NCBI GenBank assembly: GCA_965112735.1
Contig: OZ218951.1
Coordinates: 372,001 to 436,000 of the forward strand
Length of the DNA: 64,000 nt
Origin: Phaeosaccion multiseriatum
Lineage: Eukaryota > Protista > Ochrophyta, other classes
Reading direction: 5' to 3'
Positions within the stretch are counted from its first letter, which is position 1. The number at the start of each line of letters is the position of its first letter. Shown in pieces: positions 14,561 through 26,022 of this stretch. The notes below the pieces were generated by a model, which worked only from the letters and a program-made list of their open reading frames with translations, was not told the origin of the DNA and did not search any database. A program made the translations under genes and the position numbers.

Positions 14561-14579
14561 TAGGGTTAGGGTTAGGGTT
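14561..14579 (+). repeat. Short telomere-type tract TAGGG(TTAGGG)2TT with adjacent short direct repeats
   Basis: TAGGGTTAGGGTTAGGGTT; GAAATTGTTGACATAGGGT x2 and TGTGTAAGTGAGCAGC x2 just upstream. Confidence 0.6.
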
Positions 14580-14741
14580 GACACACACTGGGTCCGACAA
14601 TCCTGTTGCGGTCTCAGGCTAACTCGATTACGTGGCCGGTACCATGCTCCTGCCGCGCAGAAAGTGGCAGAGCTTAAGCGTAAGCCCAGTAACATACTCA
14701 ATACAGTCATATATTGCCCACCCGAACGTTCGCGAACGACG

Positions 14742-15587
14742 ATGACAAATTCTTCTTCGAAGCTATGTTCAGTGAAGGAGCGTGATTATCTCACGGAAGA
14801 TGACCCGGTTCGCGGTCAGAACTATTGCTGCACATCATTCATCACACCCATGGACGTCATTCAGCAAAAGGCTCTCTTCACGCAGAGCAAGTTCCTGAGT
14901 AGTGTGTCGCGTGAGATCGCCAATGTCTGCGATATGCTAAAGCAACTGTATCCGGAGGACAGACAAAAGATCGAGGGAATTCAGGAGGTCCACAAGTACA
15001 TCTTCGACAACCCGAAGGAGCTACAAGAGCAGTACTTGTTCTTCCTGAGCTCGAACAAGAACGAGCTAGATAATGAGTTTGACGAAAAGCACGATTTCCA
15101 AACGAGTGTGATTGGCGTCAAAGTGAGAGGCTCGTACGAAACAAGGCTAGAAGCGGAACATCGCGCAAAAACGCTGCAGGAGAAGGATCCTACACACAAC
15201 ATCTTTGTCAGTCAGGTTGGGTGCTGGCTTCCAATGGACGTTGCCGCTGACGACATTGCTAACCAACAGTATGCGGAGGACGAACTCAATACACTAATGA
15301 AGACATATAACGAGCAAGATAGCGCAAAGCAGGAACACTATGAAGAGAGGAGGAAGGCCCTTGTGGAAGAAGCGAATCGCGCCAATGCTGCTGCTGCTGC
15401 TGCTGCCAAAAAGGATGGTGAGAATGATGATAACGACGAGGGTGTCACGGATGGGATGGAGGAAGCAAAGGATAATGATAACGAGGGTGTCAAGGATGGG
15501 ATGGAGGGAGCAAAGGATAATGATAACGAGGGTGTCGAGGATGGAATGGAGAAGGCAAAGGCTAGTAGTAGCGCAGAGGATGTATAG
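14742..15587 (+). CDS. Conserved NCLDV protein (DUF5832-like) with acidic repeat tail
   Basis: EDDPVRGQNYCCTSF, GVKVRGSY, NIFVSQVGCWLP, QYAEDELNTLMKTY resemble a widespread algal giant-virus family. Confidence 0.7.
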   Translation: MTNSSSKLCSVKERDYLTEDDPVRGQNYCCTSFITPMDVIQQKALFTQSKFLSSVSREIANVCDMLKQLYPEDRQKIEGIQEVHKYIFDNPKELQEQYLFFLSSNKNELDNEFDEKHDFQTSVIGVKVRGSYETRLEAEHRAKTLQEKDPTHNIFVSQVGCWLPMDVAADDIANQQYAEDELNTLMKTYNEQDSAKQEHYEERRKALVEEANRANAAAAAAAKKDGENDDNDEGVTDGMEEAKDNDNEGVKDGMEGAKDNDNEGVEDGMEKAKASSSAEDV

Positions 15588-15886
15588 CGGTGTTCGAAAT
15601 CTGCGGAGTTCCAAAACGAAGTCGCGATAGTGCTCAGTTCGCTCGCCTACGCTCGGAGTAGATCCGATGATGAGGCGACGAGAGTTACACCGAGTTCACG
15701 TGGGCGGTAGTGGTGCTCCTCCATACTATGGTCCCCTCCCGGGGCTGGTCGCAATTCGTTTTCTCAACGAAACGAGGCTCGCTTCTTGTCCTTCACCTGA
15801 GAGATAAAGGACGGGTGCAAGGAAGGCTCGGTTTGAAGTTCACTTTTGAAAAAGGAGACAGGGAGATCGGTCAGACGGAAACAATA

Positions 15887-16108
15887 ATGTCGGCGACTGA
15901 CCCTGTACCCGTATCGATTGCTCGCCCCGTAGTGGAACCGAAGCTCTTCATACTTTTTGCTGAACCACAGGATGCTCCAGAGCGTAAGGAGGAGAGAGAA
16001 AGCTCGACGTGCTACACAGTGATGTCCTCAGTCCTCATAGTCCTTGGAATGGCCGCTATCATGGTTCTGCTTGTTGTCTTGGCGCATCTCATCTATTCTG
16101 GCTTTTGA
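15887..16108 (+). CDS. Small hypothetical protein with C-terminal transmembrane helix
   Basis: ATG at 15887; hydrophobic VLIVLGMAAIMVLLVVLAHLIY. Confidence 0.5.
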   Translation: MSATDPVPVSIARPVVEPKLFILFAEPQDAPERKEERESSTCYTVMSSVLIVLGMAAIMVLLVVLAHLIYSGF

Positions 16109-16175
16109 TGTTGCGCACTTGTCTCCAAGGAGTACAGTACAGAGTACAGAGTATGACGCGCAGGACCTCGAGCGG

Positions 16176-16730
16176 TTATGACATACCTTGCCCGTGTACA
16201 ATGTCACCAATATACGTCAGGAACACGTCAATCACATGTATGAGAGCAAGTGTGCTCAAGTTGACGCGCGGAGACATGTCGTCTGAGGCAAAGGACCTCG
16301 TGAAGATGTATTCCTCGGCATCGTACTTGATGACCTGCAAGTAGGTATTGTAGAACTTGAACTGGAATGCGTGGTCTCGACCCGTCGTCGACGCGCTCAG
16401 AGAGTTTGCTGCAAAGCCGACACCGAATATCGAGACACTATCGACGACTCCGTCATTCCACGTCACGATGTGCTCGGATGCATTGTCTTTCCCCTCGTGC
16501 AAAGTACCGACGAACGCTCGCGTTACCTTGAGAATAGTGCCGAAGGACTTCTTCATTTCGATGCGCGTGGTTGTCTCATTTCCAATCGTGGGTGTGATAC
16601 TCAGTGCTATTTTCGTGGCCTCGTTGGCTGGGGACGTCCACTTCCAATGCCCGTATGCCATGTTCGGTAAGAAGGCATCTGACGGTATTGGTGCAACCAG
16701 TAGACATAGGTAGAAGAGAAGGTGAGGCAT
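16176..16730 (-). CDS. Hypothetical protein with signal peptide ending SDA-FLP
   Basis: MPHLLFYLCLLVAPIPSDAFLP N-terminus; intronless ORF. Confidence 0.6.
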   Translation of the reverse strand: MPHLLFYLCLLVAPIPSDAFLPNMAYGHWKWTSPANEATKIALSITPTIGNETTTRIEMKKSFGTILKVTRAFVGTLHEGKDNASEHIVTWNDGVVDSVSIFGVGFAANSLSASTTGRDHAFQFKFYNTYLQVIKYDAEEYIFTRSFASDDMSPRVNLSTLALIHVIDVFLTYIGDIVHGQGMS

Positions 16731-16834
16731 TTCACAGAGTACGTTCGTGTTTAACGCCAGCGGAGAGTAATCTTTTGTATATATATAACTATCGACTACC
16801 TTTAACACTATCTATCAGTATACCCAGAAACATA

Positions 16835-17317
16835 ATGCACCCCCCTGTGTTGAAGTACGCGAAGAGGCTTGGTCTTTCGAGAGGCAAGATCCTGCGCCTC
16901 AAGGCGTCTGGAGGATGTACACTCCTCGGCTTATCCTCTATCGAGGAGGTAGCGAAGTATCCGCGAGGGAAGAATCCGTTCTTCTTCCTGAAGTCGAGAG
17001 AGGAGTTGAAAGCAATGAGATCGGAGGGAGAGGCCTTGATGCAGGCCTGGTTGTTCAAGTTCCTGGACAAAGCTGTGGATGTTCAGAATAGATTGAGAAA
17101 CGATGTCCTCACGAAGAAGATTGCTCGCATTGAGGGGCTTCAGGATCATATATTGAGCGTGTACCAGCAAGTCGACCCGAGTCAGACGTGGGCGAAGCTG
17201 AGTAAGGAGAAGAAAGCGGACTATATGGAAGCGCTATTCGGAAAGGTATTCACTACGAATACGAAAGCGATGACACATGCCAGATTTGCAATGATTCAGT
17301 TCTTTGTTGCCCCCTAA
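16835..17317 (+). CDS. Hypothetical basic protein
   Basis: ATG at 16835, ordinary protein composition, stop overlaps XRN1 stop region. Confidence 0.55.
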   Translation: MHPPVLKYAKRLGLSRGKILRLKASGGCTLLGLSSIEEVAKYPRGKNPFFFLKSREELKAMRSEGEALMQAWLFKFLDKAVDVQNRLRNDVLTKKIARIEGLQDHILSVYQQVDPSQTWAKLSKEKKADYMEALFGKVFTTNTKAMTHARFAMIQFFVAP

Positions 17318-18963
17318 TCCCTGTGGGTGTGTGCGTGTGCGTGTGCGGCGTCGGCGCCCAATGCGGAGACCCCCCTTGCGGAAGGGGGTAGCGTAGCGTC
17401 GAACGCCACTCGAAATGCCGAAATGTCCATGGGAGGTAAGGCGGGCGTGCATTGCCAGTCAAAGAACTTGAGGTACGTGTGCCTTGGACACCATAGCGGA
17501 TACATATAGCTGATGGAGGAGTGCAGTACCAGAGGCTGTAAAGAGTCCGGGAGTAGCTTGCAAGACTGGTACGGCAAAATCATGAGTAGTTGCAGTTCCG
17601 GCGAAATGCTCGTCGCGGTTTCCATCCGGGGAGAAGCCGATGAACTAGACGCGACCCCGCTAGTTCCGTGAGTCCCGGCAATATGTGTGGCGAGATCGTA
17701 CAAGGTAGGTGCGTACTCGTACCGGTAGAACCAGAGCGGATCGACAGCCTGGCGAATATAGTACCTGAAGACCCACTCCAGTCCTTCCAGATAGTTGTCG
17801 CATATCTGGTGCACATTGGCATTCTCGAAGAGATGATAGTAGTATCGCTTCCGCCATCCACGCTTCCCCGGCTTGATGATCTTTGGGTACAAGGTGAAGG
17901 TCGCAAGTGGAGGAGCGCCTCTTCTGGACTTGGCCATGGGTTGCTCGTAGTACTTTGCTTCGTACGATTCGAACTTCGCGTCCTCTCCCTGAGCGAGAAG
18001 GTATAGGAGCTCCTCCACAAACTGCATGTTCATACGGTCGTTCTTGATGATGTGAAAGCCTGGAGTACACGTCTGCTGGTATGCCTTGAGCAAGTCGTCC
18101 ATGCCTCCATCTCGCACTTCCAGATAGCTCAGCTTGGGAACGAAGTCGTTTCCCAACAGACTGCATAACATCACGAAGCATTGCATCCTTTGCTTGTCGG
18201 ATATGTCTCCTCCTCGAATGTACTCTCGCAGCTTGGGCAGAATGCTCTGTTTCAGCAGACGCAAGTTGAGAACGATGAAGCTGGGAGCCGGGAGCTTTCC
18301 TAGCATTTGCGGTTGCTTCGGGGGCGCGCGTTTTCCATCCTTTTTCGAATTGCTAGCTTGGACTTGGAGAGTAGAGGACTCGCGCAAAAGGCGCAGACCA
18401 TTCTCCTGTAGAAGGCCAAGAAAGATCAAGTCATTGTCGAGTCCATAGAGAACGTCATGTTTCCCCGTTCCCCCGTGCTGGGTTAGGTAGGTGAATATCT
18501 TGAACTCCCCTTCCCCTTCCTCCAGATCGCTGGAGAGTCGAATCTTGGAGAATGGTCGAATGAAGTCGAGAAGAGCTGTGCGGAGCTTCGTCATGAAAGG
18601 GGTGCCTGGACTGATGGCGTTGGAGTCCCATGCTTTGCCCAGTGCGTCGCGATCCATCGCCGCGGAGAACCTTCGGGACCTTTGCTGAATCATTTTGCTC
18701 ACAGGCGGTACCCCATCGATGCTAATCAATGCAAAGTCCGACGGACTCGCATACTCAATGATGTACTTGAGGTACTCGATGGTGCGAAAAATAAGGTCCT
18801 TTTCGTATTGGTCGTCGCTCCCATTGTAGACGAGACCTTCTCTGCAGTGGTGGATGGCGCAATTGAAGTCCAGAAAGAGACGTTTGGTTCCCAGTGGGCG
18901 CGTTCTCTCCAGAGCTCCCGGGAAGCTCTTGGTAAGCTTGACAAACAGGTGGGGGACACCCAT
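17314..18963 (-). CDS. XRN1-family 5'-3' exoribonuclease (viral type)
   Basis: MGVP start, LFLDFNCAIH, IDGVPPVSKMIQQRSRRF, DSNAISPGTPFM, GEGEFKI, YGLDNDLI, LLGNDFVP. Confidence 0.93.
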   Translation of the reverse strand: MGVPHLFVKLTKSFPGALERTRPLGTKRLFLDFNCAIHHCREGLVYNGSDDQYEKDLIFRTIEYLKYIIEYASPSDFALISIDGVPPVSKMIQQRSRRFSAAMDRDALGKAWDSNAISPGTPFMTKLRTALLDFIRPFSKIRLSSDLEEGEGEFKIFTYLTQHGGTGKHDVLYGLDNDLIFLGLLQENGLRLLRESSTLQVQASNSKKDGKRAPPKQPQMLGKLPAPSFIVLNLRLLKQSILPKLREYIRGGDISDKQRMQCFVMLCSLLGNDFVPKLSYLEVRDGGMDDLLKAYQQTCTPGFHIIKNDRMNMQFVEELLYLLAQGEDAKFESYEAKYYEQPMAKSRRGAPPLATFTLYPKIIKPGKRGWRKRYYYHLFENANVHQICDNYLEGLEWVFRYYIRQAVDPLWFYRYEYAPTLYDLATHIAGTHGTSGVASSSSASPRMETATSISPELQLLMILPYQSCKLLPDSLQPLVLHSSISYMYPLWCPRHTYLKFFDWQCTPALPPMDISAFRVAFDATLPPSARGVSALGADAAHAHAHTHRD

Positions 18964-19190
18964 GCTCTTACGCTCCTGATTGTTTCGAGAAAGACAAGCG
19001 ACCAATACACACCTGAAGTCGTAAATGGAGCAGGTGCCCCTCGCGTCTTGTGATTCTGAACCTGTCCATTGAGACGAGGATGCGCTTCAAACGAAGAATT
19101 AATTCATCACACGACAGATTTCGTCCAGTGAAGGACAGCAGCAAGGAAGTGCGTCGTGCGAAGTACCGTAGCAAGGAAGTGCGACAAGTT

Positions 19191-19622
19191 TTAGAGGACG
19201 CAAAGAGATTGATAGTCTGTCCACGGAAGGAACTTATCTCCGACGTGCGTGGAGGGGTCTTCACTACTTTCGCCCGTGAATCCCTTCCGCATTTCCTCGC
19301 ACCGCATCTCCTCTCGCGTCTCTTCTTTGATGGCTTTCAAGTCAATTTCATAGCCTTCCTTCTTGCAGAGGGTTCCTTCCTTTTCCCAATATGCGGGACA
19401 CTTGATGTCCTCAGGGAGCACCTTCTTCGATTCGTTGGTCTTCTTCGGAGTAAAGTATTCGCTCATTCGAATGACGCTCTGAACGAGAAGGATGAAAGAG
19501 ACGAAGGAGACCAATGCGTAGCCTACATTTCGACGATGCGATAGGAGCAGGAAGAAGCAAGCAATGAACACCATCGTGGACAGCACGACGCCCAGGAGGA
19601 TGCGTAAAGAAGGGTCCATCAT
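19191..19622 (-). CDS. Small membrane protein with CPxYW motif
   Basis: Two N-terminal TM segments, KCPAYW and a C-terminal W..C pattern seen in NCLDV membrane proteins. Confidence 0.6.
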   Translation of the reverse strand: MMDPSLRILLGVVLSTMVFIACFFLLLSHRRNVGYALVSFVSFILLVQSVIRMSEYFTPKKTNESKKVLPEDIKCPAYWEKEGTLCKKEGYEIDLKAIKEETREEMRCEEMRKGFTGESSEDPSTHVGDKFLPWTDYQSLCVL

Positions 19623-19701
19623 GCGCGCAGCTCTTTAAAGCACGTGGCTAAAAAAAAAGAGTTAAGCCATAGGGGGTCAGTGAGTCTTATAAAGAGAAAC
19701 A

Positions 19702-20235
19702 ATGGTTCTGGAAGGCGACCCCCTGGTCGCTCCTCCAATGATTGATTTGATACTTAGTGACGTAAAGGAGGAGTGTGAAGGTACAGGCGATACTGGTGTG
19801 ATCACATTTGAAGAGGTTGGGACGGCCTTAGGCTTCGTCAATCGAAGTGAGATTGCAATGGAAGAGTCTGTGTCCGAAAGGGTGACGGGCATTATATTGG
19901 GGCGTTACCATCGCACCTTTTTCGGATTGGACATTCGATTCCAAGGAACGAGAGTGCGAGCTGTCTTTTTGTTTGCGACGGCGGCGCATGAGACGTATCT
20001 CAGTAAGCGCACATGGAGTGTACTCACCGAGGGCAAGGAAGTGACTGGAACCAGTATCAAGGTATCGATCAATGGGGCTCTTTGTCGAGTGAGTCGTTCC
20101 CCCGACTCAGGTCATATCTCCGACATTGATATCATTGGATCAGAGTTCATGTATTCCATCGGGGCTTCTTTGACTTTAGACTACGAGCGTAAGACGTGCT
20201 CCTTTGAGCCAGTGTGTTACAACCTGGTGCCCTGA
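19702..20235 (+). CDS. Hypothetical protein, possibly a degenerate retropepsin-like aspartic protease fold
   Basis: VFLFATAAHETYLS and DIIGSEFM echo FLxDTG..T.LS and LLGxDF, but the catalytic DTG is absent. Confidence 0.45.
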   Translation: MVLEGDPLVAPPMIDLILSDVKEECEGTGDTGVITFEEVGTALGFVNRSEIAMEESVSERVTGIILGRYHRTFFGLDIRFQGTRVRAVFLFATAAHETYLSKRTWSVLTEGKEVTGTSIKVSINGALCRVSRSPDSGHISDIDIIGSEFMYSIGASLTLDYERKTCSFEPVCYNLVP

Positions 20236-20286
20236 ACGTTTGCCTTTCTGTGTCGCAACAAGGGGGGAGGGGGGGGGGCGGGAATG

Positions 20287-20677
20287 TTCCTGCTGCCGTT
20301 CCTGCTGTTGCTCCTGCTGCTGCCGTTCCTGCTGTTGTTCCTGCTGCCGTTCCTGCTGCTGCTCCTGCTGCTGCCGTTCCTGCTACCGTTCCTGCTGCTG
20401 TTCCTGCTGCTGTTCCTGCTGCTGTTCCTGCTGCTGCTCCTGCTGCCGCTCCTGCTGCCGCTCCTGCTGCCGCTCCTGCTGCCGCTCCTGCTGCTGCTCC
20501 TGCTACCGTTCCTGCTGCTGCTGCTGCTGTTCCTGCTGCTGTTCCTGCTGCTGTTCCTGCTGCTGTTCCTGCTGCTGTTGCTGCTGCTGCTGCTGCTCCT
20601 GCTGCTGTTGCTGCTGCTCCTGCTGCTGTTGCTGCTGCTCCTCCTGCCGTTGTTCTTGCTGTTGTTCCTGCTGCTGT
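20287..20677. repeat. (CCTGCTGCTGTT)-type 12-bp/trinucleotide low-complexity tract
   Basis: Directly visible; coding frame unclear. Confidence 0.9.
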
Positions 20678-20784
20678 TTACTTTTATACAAATTCTGGAT
20701 GGCACTTGATGGGGCGGTTTCAGGTCCCGGTTTCAGGTCCCTCCAAAAAAAAAGAGAAACGGCTGGAAAGTGACCTGATCATTG

Positions 20785-21186
20785 TCACACGTTGAATGTG
20801 AGAAGGAGTGGTGCGAGTATGAACCTCACAATCCCGGCGTAGAGGATAGGTGCAATGAGATGTACGCGGTATGCTTCGTTCCCCCGCATTCCGAATAATA
20901 ACGTCGGCAGGTGTAGGGCAAAACGACCCACACCTGAGAGGAGAAGGCCGAACACCGCACCAACAAGGAGCGTGTAGTTGATACCGTATGAGCGGATGAT
21001 ACAATCTGTGAGCATGCCCGTCAAGCCGAACAGACAAGGTATAGCAACGGCAAAGAGTTCGAAAGGGACATTTTGTGGTCTACCGCTATCCCGAAAAGCC
21101 TTTCCCAGGTAAGTCAGGGTGACGAGCACGGACGGTAAGCTTGTCGCAATGAGGAAAGCGCGTGCTAGTCTGAATCGAGTGTCCAT
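20785..21186 (-). CDS. Hypothetical multi-pass membrane protein (133 aa)
   Basis: ATG-started ORF with about four hydrophobic segments. Confidence 0.65.
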   Translation of the reverse strand: MDTRFRLARAFLIATSLPSVLVTLTYLGKAFRDSGRPQNVPFELFAVAIPCLFGLTGMLTDCIIRSYGINYTLLVGAVFGLLLSGVGRFALHLPTLLFGMRGNEAYRVHLIAPILYAGIVRFILAPLLLTFNV

Positions 21187-21252
21187 CTTTACATCTAAGA
21201 GGTCATATATTTTCCTCCGACCTACTCCTGCTCAGATTCCCCTCTTCGCGGG

Positions 21253-24200
21253 TTATCTCCCCATCGGAGCAACCAGGCATTCGTCTTCATTTGGAGGCGT
21301 GGTTCTCCCAGAAGGAGTCCCTTCTTCCAATACATCTTCATGTGTAGCAGAAGCAGCAACGGTATCAGCAGCAGCAGCAGCAGCAACGTTGTGGTGGTTC
21401 CCAGCAGCCCCAGCAGCTCCTCCGGACGAGGGCCGGCAGAAAAGTCGTTTCACACACGTTGGAAGGCAGTCGCCAAATCTCCGTGCTCTTCCATGAGTGG
21501 CTGCTCCGCTCACAGAGTCTGTAATCAGTCTCTTGAAGAAACACATTTGAACGATGGCGGCCACAAGTATTGCCACGCTCATTGTAACCAATATAGCCCC
21601 AAACCAGGCCTGGCTGTCTTCGTCTTCATCAGACACGTCGAGCTTCATCAAGAGTGCCAGGAACATGGTCAGGCAAATCAGCCACGCACCCGAGATGTAA
21701 ATGTTGAAGTCAACACCGTCAATGAAAGGTCTGCCGGTGTAAGCGGTGAAGAGGCTGAACAGAGCAAACAGAACCGCAAAGCCAGCCTGTGCTGCCGTAC
21801 CTGGCTTGACAAACGCCAGGACGCCAGTCAGAAGCACGCGACGACCGCACTCGACATTTTCCCAGAGACACATGTTGGGATGATAGGGCTTCCACAGGAA
21901 GGCAGAATAAAGAAGCCTTTCGTCGGACGCTCCTTCTTTCTGCTTCACCGATGACCGTCTGGCCTTCTTGTCTTTGCGCAGAATCCACCACAGGTACAAG
22001 ATGAAAATTCCCACGGGGTACACAGCGATCATGATGCCCGCATAGATGCGAAAGAACACGTGCTTGCTCGTACCGCACTCCAGCGAGTAGTCGGCGCGAA
22101 GGTAGCTCGGATATGGTTCTCCCGAAAAGTCGTTGCGGTCATTCATCAAGGTGTCGTCGCAGGCAAACGTCTGAAACACCACTGCCGTAGTGGGGGTGTA
22201 GACAAAGAACGCGAGGAGCAGGAATCCTTTCCCCATTGAGACCTTCACTTTCTCCTGCCAGGTAGTCTGCTCTTGCTGGATAGGAAAACTCTGAGTCGAT
22301 GCTGATGCCATCTGTTCCAATTGGGGTCCATGCACCAGCTGCGGCGTTGGTTCCCCTTTCATCCCGATCACAAGGTGACCAATACCGCAACACACACCCA
22401 CGAAGAAGATGGTTACCAACGGTAAAAGGGTTGTCATCAAAAGGCGGTCGTAGAAGTTCAGACCCTCCACAATACATCCCGTGGACAGGACCCAATCCAG
22501 GTCAAAGTTGACCACATTCAGCCAGTCCAGCCAAGACTCATATACAGATGGTAGTCTCAGCCCAGTGATTCTCCTGAACTCCGTCAGAATTTGAAACGTG
22601 ACGATTGGGGCTCTCAGCTTCGTCCAGGGCAATCCTTTCAACTTCGCCCAAGTTCCATGGTCGTTCTCCACCACATCATTTCCTGCGTCTCCGGCGTCTT
22701 GGGAATCGTTCACCGCCGTGCTGAAAATCTGGACGATGATGAAGATGATGATAACGAGGGCGACGATGATCACGGTAAAAATAACAATACCAGTTGATCT
22801 CGAGCCGGTAGTACACTTCTCGCAAGCTGAAGTGCTTGTTCTGTAGTAGCCCTTGCTGCACAAAGCGCAGTCTGGCGAGGAGTAAGTAAGGCACAGGGAG
22901 GAACAACAACAGCAACAACCACCACAACAACAATGGGAGTGGGGTGGTGGGGTACAAGACACAAGTAGGTAAGCTTGTTAGAGCTCCTCCGACAACATTG
23001 TGCGTGAAGAAAAGGGAAGGGGGGGGGGGTGGAAATGACCATGAAAAGTATCCCCACACACTTACATGGTCCCTCGTTGCCCTCTTGGCAATAGTCATCT
23101 GTCACTGGAGCTTGTGCGACGTCAGCAACTCCTCCAGCACAGGTATTGGCCGAGGGACACTCCCGAATGGTGTCAGAGCTCAGGGAGGCCTTCCAATACC
23201 CCGGAAGGAGAGGTATGGTGGCAGCCACAACACCGGGTTCGAATTTGTCACAGTCCATTGTATCCCTGTCACACGCCTCACAGCTAGTAAGGCGAGGAGA
23301 CCAATACTCTGACGCTGTGCAGCATGTTACCCCTCCTGTCCCCAGGCTGATGTCTTCACACGTGCACTCTTGTCCGGGACCACAGGTTTCAGAAGAGGCG
23401 GTAAACCCTCCGTAGCAACATTCAGCGGTGTTGGAAGAAATTGCTGGAAGACCTCCGCTTTCCTCGAATACGGTGATATTTGCTGAGCGATGACCACCAA
23501 TGCCCCCTGCGCTTATATTCGCCCGGTTGCTATTGACAGCAGTCAACCCATACAAACGCAGTTGTGCCTCGTCCGCCAAAAACACGGCTCCTCCTGTACC
23601 GCCCGCTTCGTTGCCTCGCAGAATCGTATCCTCCACCTCCAGCACTCCTGCTGCTCCGACATGAATAGCACCCCCATCTTCGGTTGCAAGGTTGTCGTCG
23701 AATGTACACCTCTCGATGTCACGAGACGAAGACAAAAGACCCGCAAGTTCGTCCTCGAAGGCAGTTAAGCTGTCCAATTTCCTTGTCATAAGAAGTGCTC
23801 CACCATTGACGGCAGCATTTCCAACGAAACGACTGTCAAATACTACGATGGCCCTGGGGGAAGTCATGTAGATCGCACCACCGTCAATGGTCGCAATATT
23901 TCTGGCGAAGAGGAAGAATTCTACGCCAAGCGAGTGTCCCCTGCTGTAGATGGCGCCACCGAAACTTGCGACGTTTCGCTCGAAGACTACTCTAGTACGC
24001 GATGAACCCGCAAGACTCCCGCCGAGCCCAAGGTATATCGCGCCACCAAGTGTGCCTGCCATGTTGTCTCGAAACAAAACGCGGTCGACAAGCCACACGA
24101 AACCATTCGACGACACAGAGATGCCCCCACCCTCAGTCGCTGAAGACGGAAGGGTTCAGAGAGGAGAGAGACAGAGAGGAAGGCAGAGAGAGAGACACAC

Positions 24201-26022
24201 ATAGGAAGACAGAGAGAGATTGTGTGGAACATGAGACGAAAACAAGAAAATGGAAGGCACGTATAGAAAGATAGACAGAAGTAGGGAGAGGGGCAACATG
24301 ATTTGCAATGTGCTGCAAAGCCGACCGCCAGACCTCCCTTCACAACCTCATCCAGGGTCCTGACAACTCACCTGAATTACCGACGAAGCTAGCATTCCCG
24401 GTAATATTTATATTTGCGTTCAGGATCGAACTTATCCCGCCGCCGGATATCTGCGCTTGGTTAAAAGCCACCCTGGCATCGTCCAATATTGTGATAGGGT
24501 TTGTACTCGCCGCGAGTATTCCACCCCCTCCTTGTGCGCTGTTGTTGGCAATGGAGGAACGTGAGGTCATCGTAAGCTGTGCCCAGAGAGCCAAGTGAAG
24601 CCCTCCTCCACTACCCGCTGCTGTGTTCATGAACACTTGGGCATCATCGTTTAATGTCACTTCGGTCCCCTCCCCAACTTGTATACCTCCGCCAGCCAAC
24701 CCCGTGGCCGTATTCCACGATACTTGGCCAGTACCACTCAAGGTCAAATGGCTTTTCCCCCCGACAATTGAAGTGGTATCACTTTCAAGGTATATACCTC
24801 CACCGTTACTCGCTGTATTTAATGACACTTGGGCACTGTCCCTCAAGGTCACTCGGCTGCCCAGACCCACAGACATCCCTCCTCCAAGCGAAAGACCCTC
24901 GCCAGAAAACGCAGTGTTCGATGACACTTGGGCACTGCCACTGAGGGTCACTTGGCTGTTCCGGTCCGCGCTGATGCCTCCTCCAAAAAGGCCAGCAGTA
25001 TTCGATAAAACTTGAGAATTGCCACTCAAAGTCACTTGACTTTCACCATGCCCATGAATCCCTCCTCCAAAAGAGGCAGCAGCATTCGATGAGACTTGAG
25101 CATCGTCCCTCAAGGTCACTTGGCTTCCCTGCGACGCCCAGATCCCTCCTCCACTGCCGGCGGCGGTATTCGATGACACTCGGGCATTGCCACTCAAGGT
25201 CACTTGGCCGCCCTCCCCCACAAAGATCCCTCCTCCACCAAATCTAGGAGCAGTATTCGATGACACCTGGGCATCGTCGCCTAAGGTGATTGTGCAGTTT
25301 GGGCTTCCATATATCCCTCCTCCAAGCTCTGCACTATTCCTACTAACGATCGCCCCACCGTAAAGTGACAACTCTTGACTGAAGTCGATGGCACCCCCTA
25401 CGCCGTCAGCGGTGTTGTCAGAAAATGTCGTATTGCCAGAGACAAGAGCAGTGCTGACACTGACTGCACCACCTGCTGAACGGAGCTCACCACCTGGGTC
25501 ACTTGCCCGATTGTAGCTGAGGACGTTGGTACCAGAGCAGATAAGGGTTGAGCAAGCAATGGCACCCCCATTGCCTTGAGATGTGCTGTTCGAGATGATA
25601 ACTCCTCCATCAAGGTATACGGTGTTATCAAAGTCGATCCGCGCAATGCTTCCACCGCTGAAAGTTGAGTATCCGTTGACGATCTTCAAGTCTGCAAGAT
25701 GCAGGGAGGCGCGGCTCGACAAGACAAAGAGGGGAGTCGCGTTGCCTCCATCGAGAGAAGAAATGTCCGAACCCAGACCAGTGACTGTGAGTAAGGAGCC
25801 CTCACCGACCAGAATGAATTCCGTCATGAGGACATCTGCCTCCCAAGACACAGTAAAGGTCTCGCCAGGCGCGGCCACGGCCTCCACCACTTCAGGCACG
25901 TCCGCACCAGATGTCACCACAAAACTCGTCTGCGCAGAGACAAGCCTTGGGTGGTAAAGAAGAAGCAGGACCAGAAGGGCAGGCCGAAGGAGGAGACGTC
26001 CGAGAGAAGGAGGCAGCAGCAT
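21253..26022 (-). CDS. Spliced ~1447-aa surface protein: signal peptide, PMP-like GG(A/G)I beta-helix repeats, Cys-rich linker, multi-TM C-terminus; exons 26022-24372, 24139-23066, 22871-21253
   Basis: Donors GTGAGT (24371) and GTAAGT (23065) and CAG acceptors keep frame (1651+1074+1619 nt). Repeated NxA...GGGI/GGAI motifs; YLRADYSLEC; architecture typical of stramenopile PMP-like families. Confidence 0.85.

Noticed and set aside
20204-20795. PAAV / poly-Cys / poly-Leu / SRN ORFs
   Set aside because: All frames are open only because of the trinucleotide-based repeat; the coding frame cannot be chosen.
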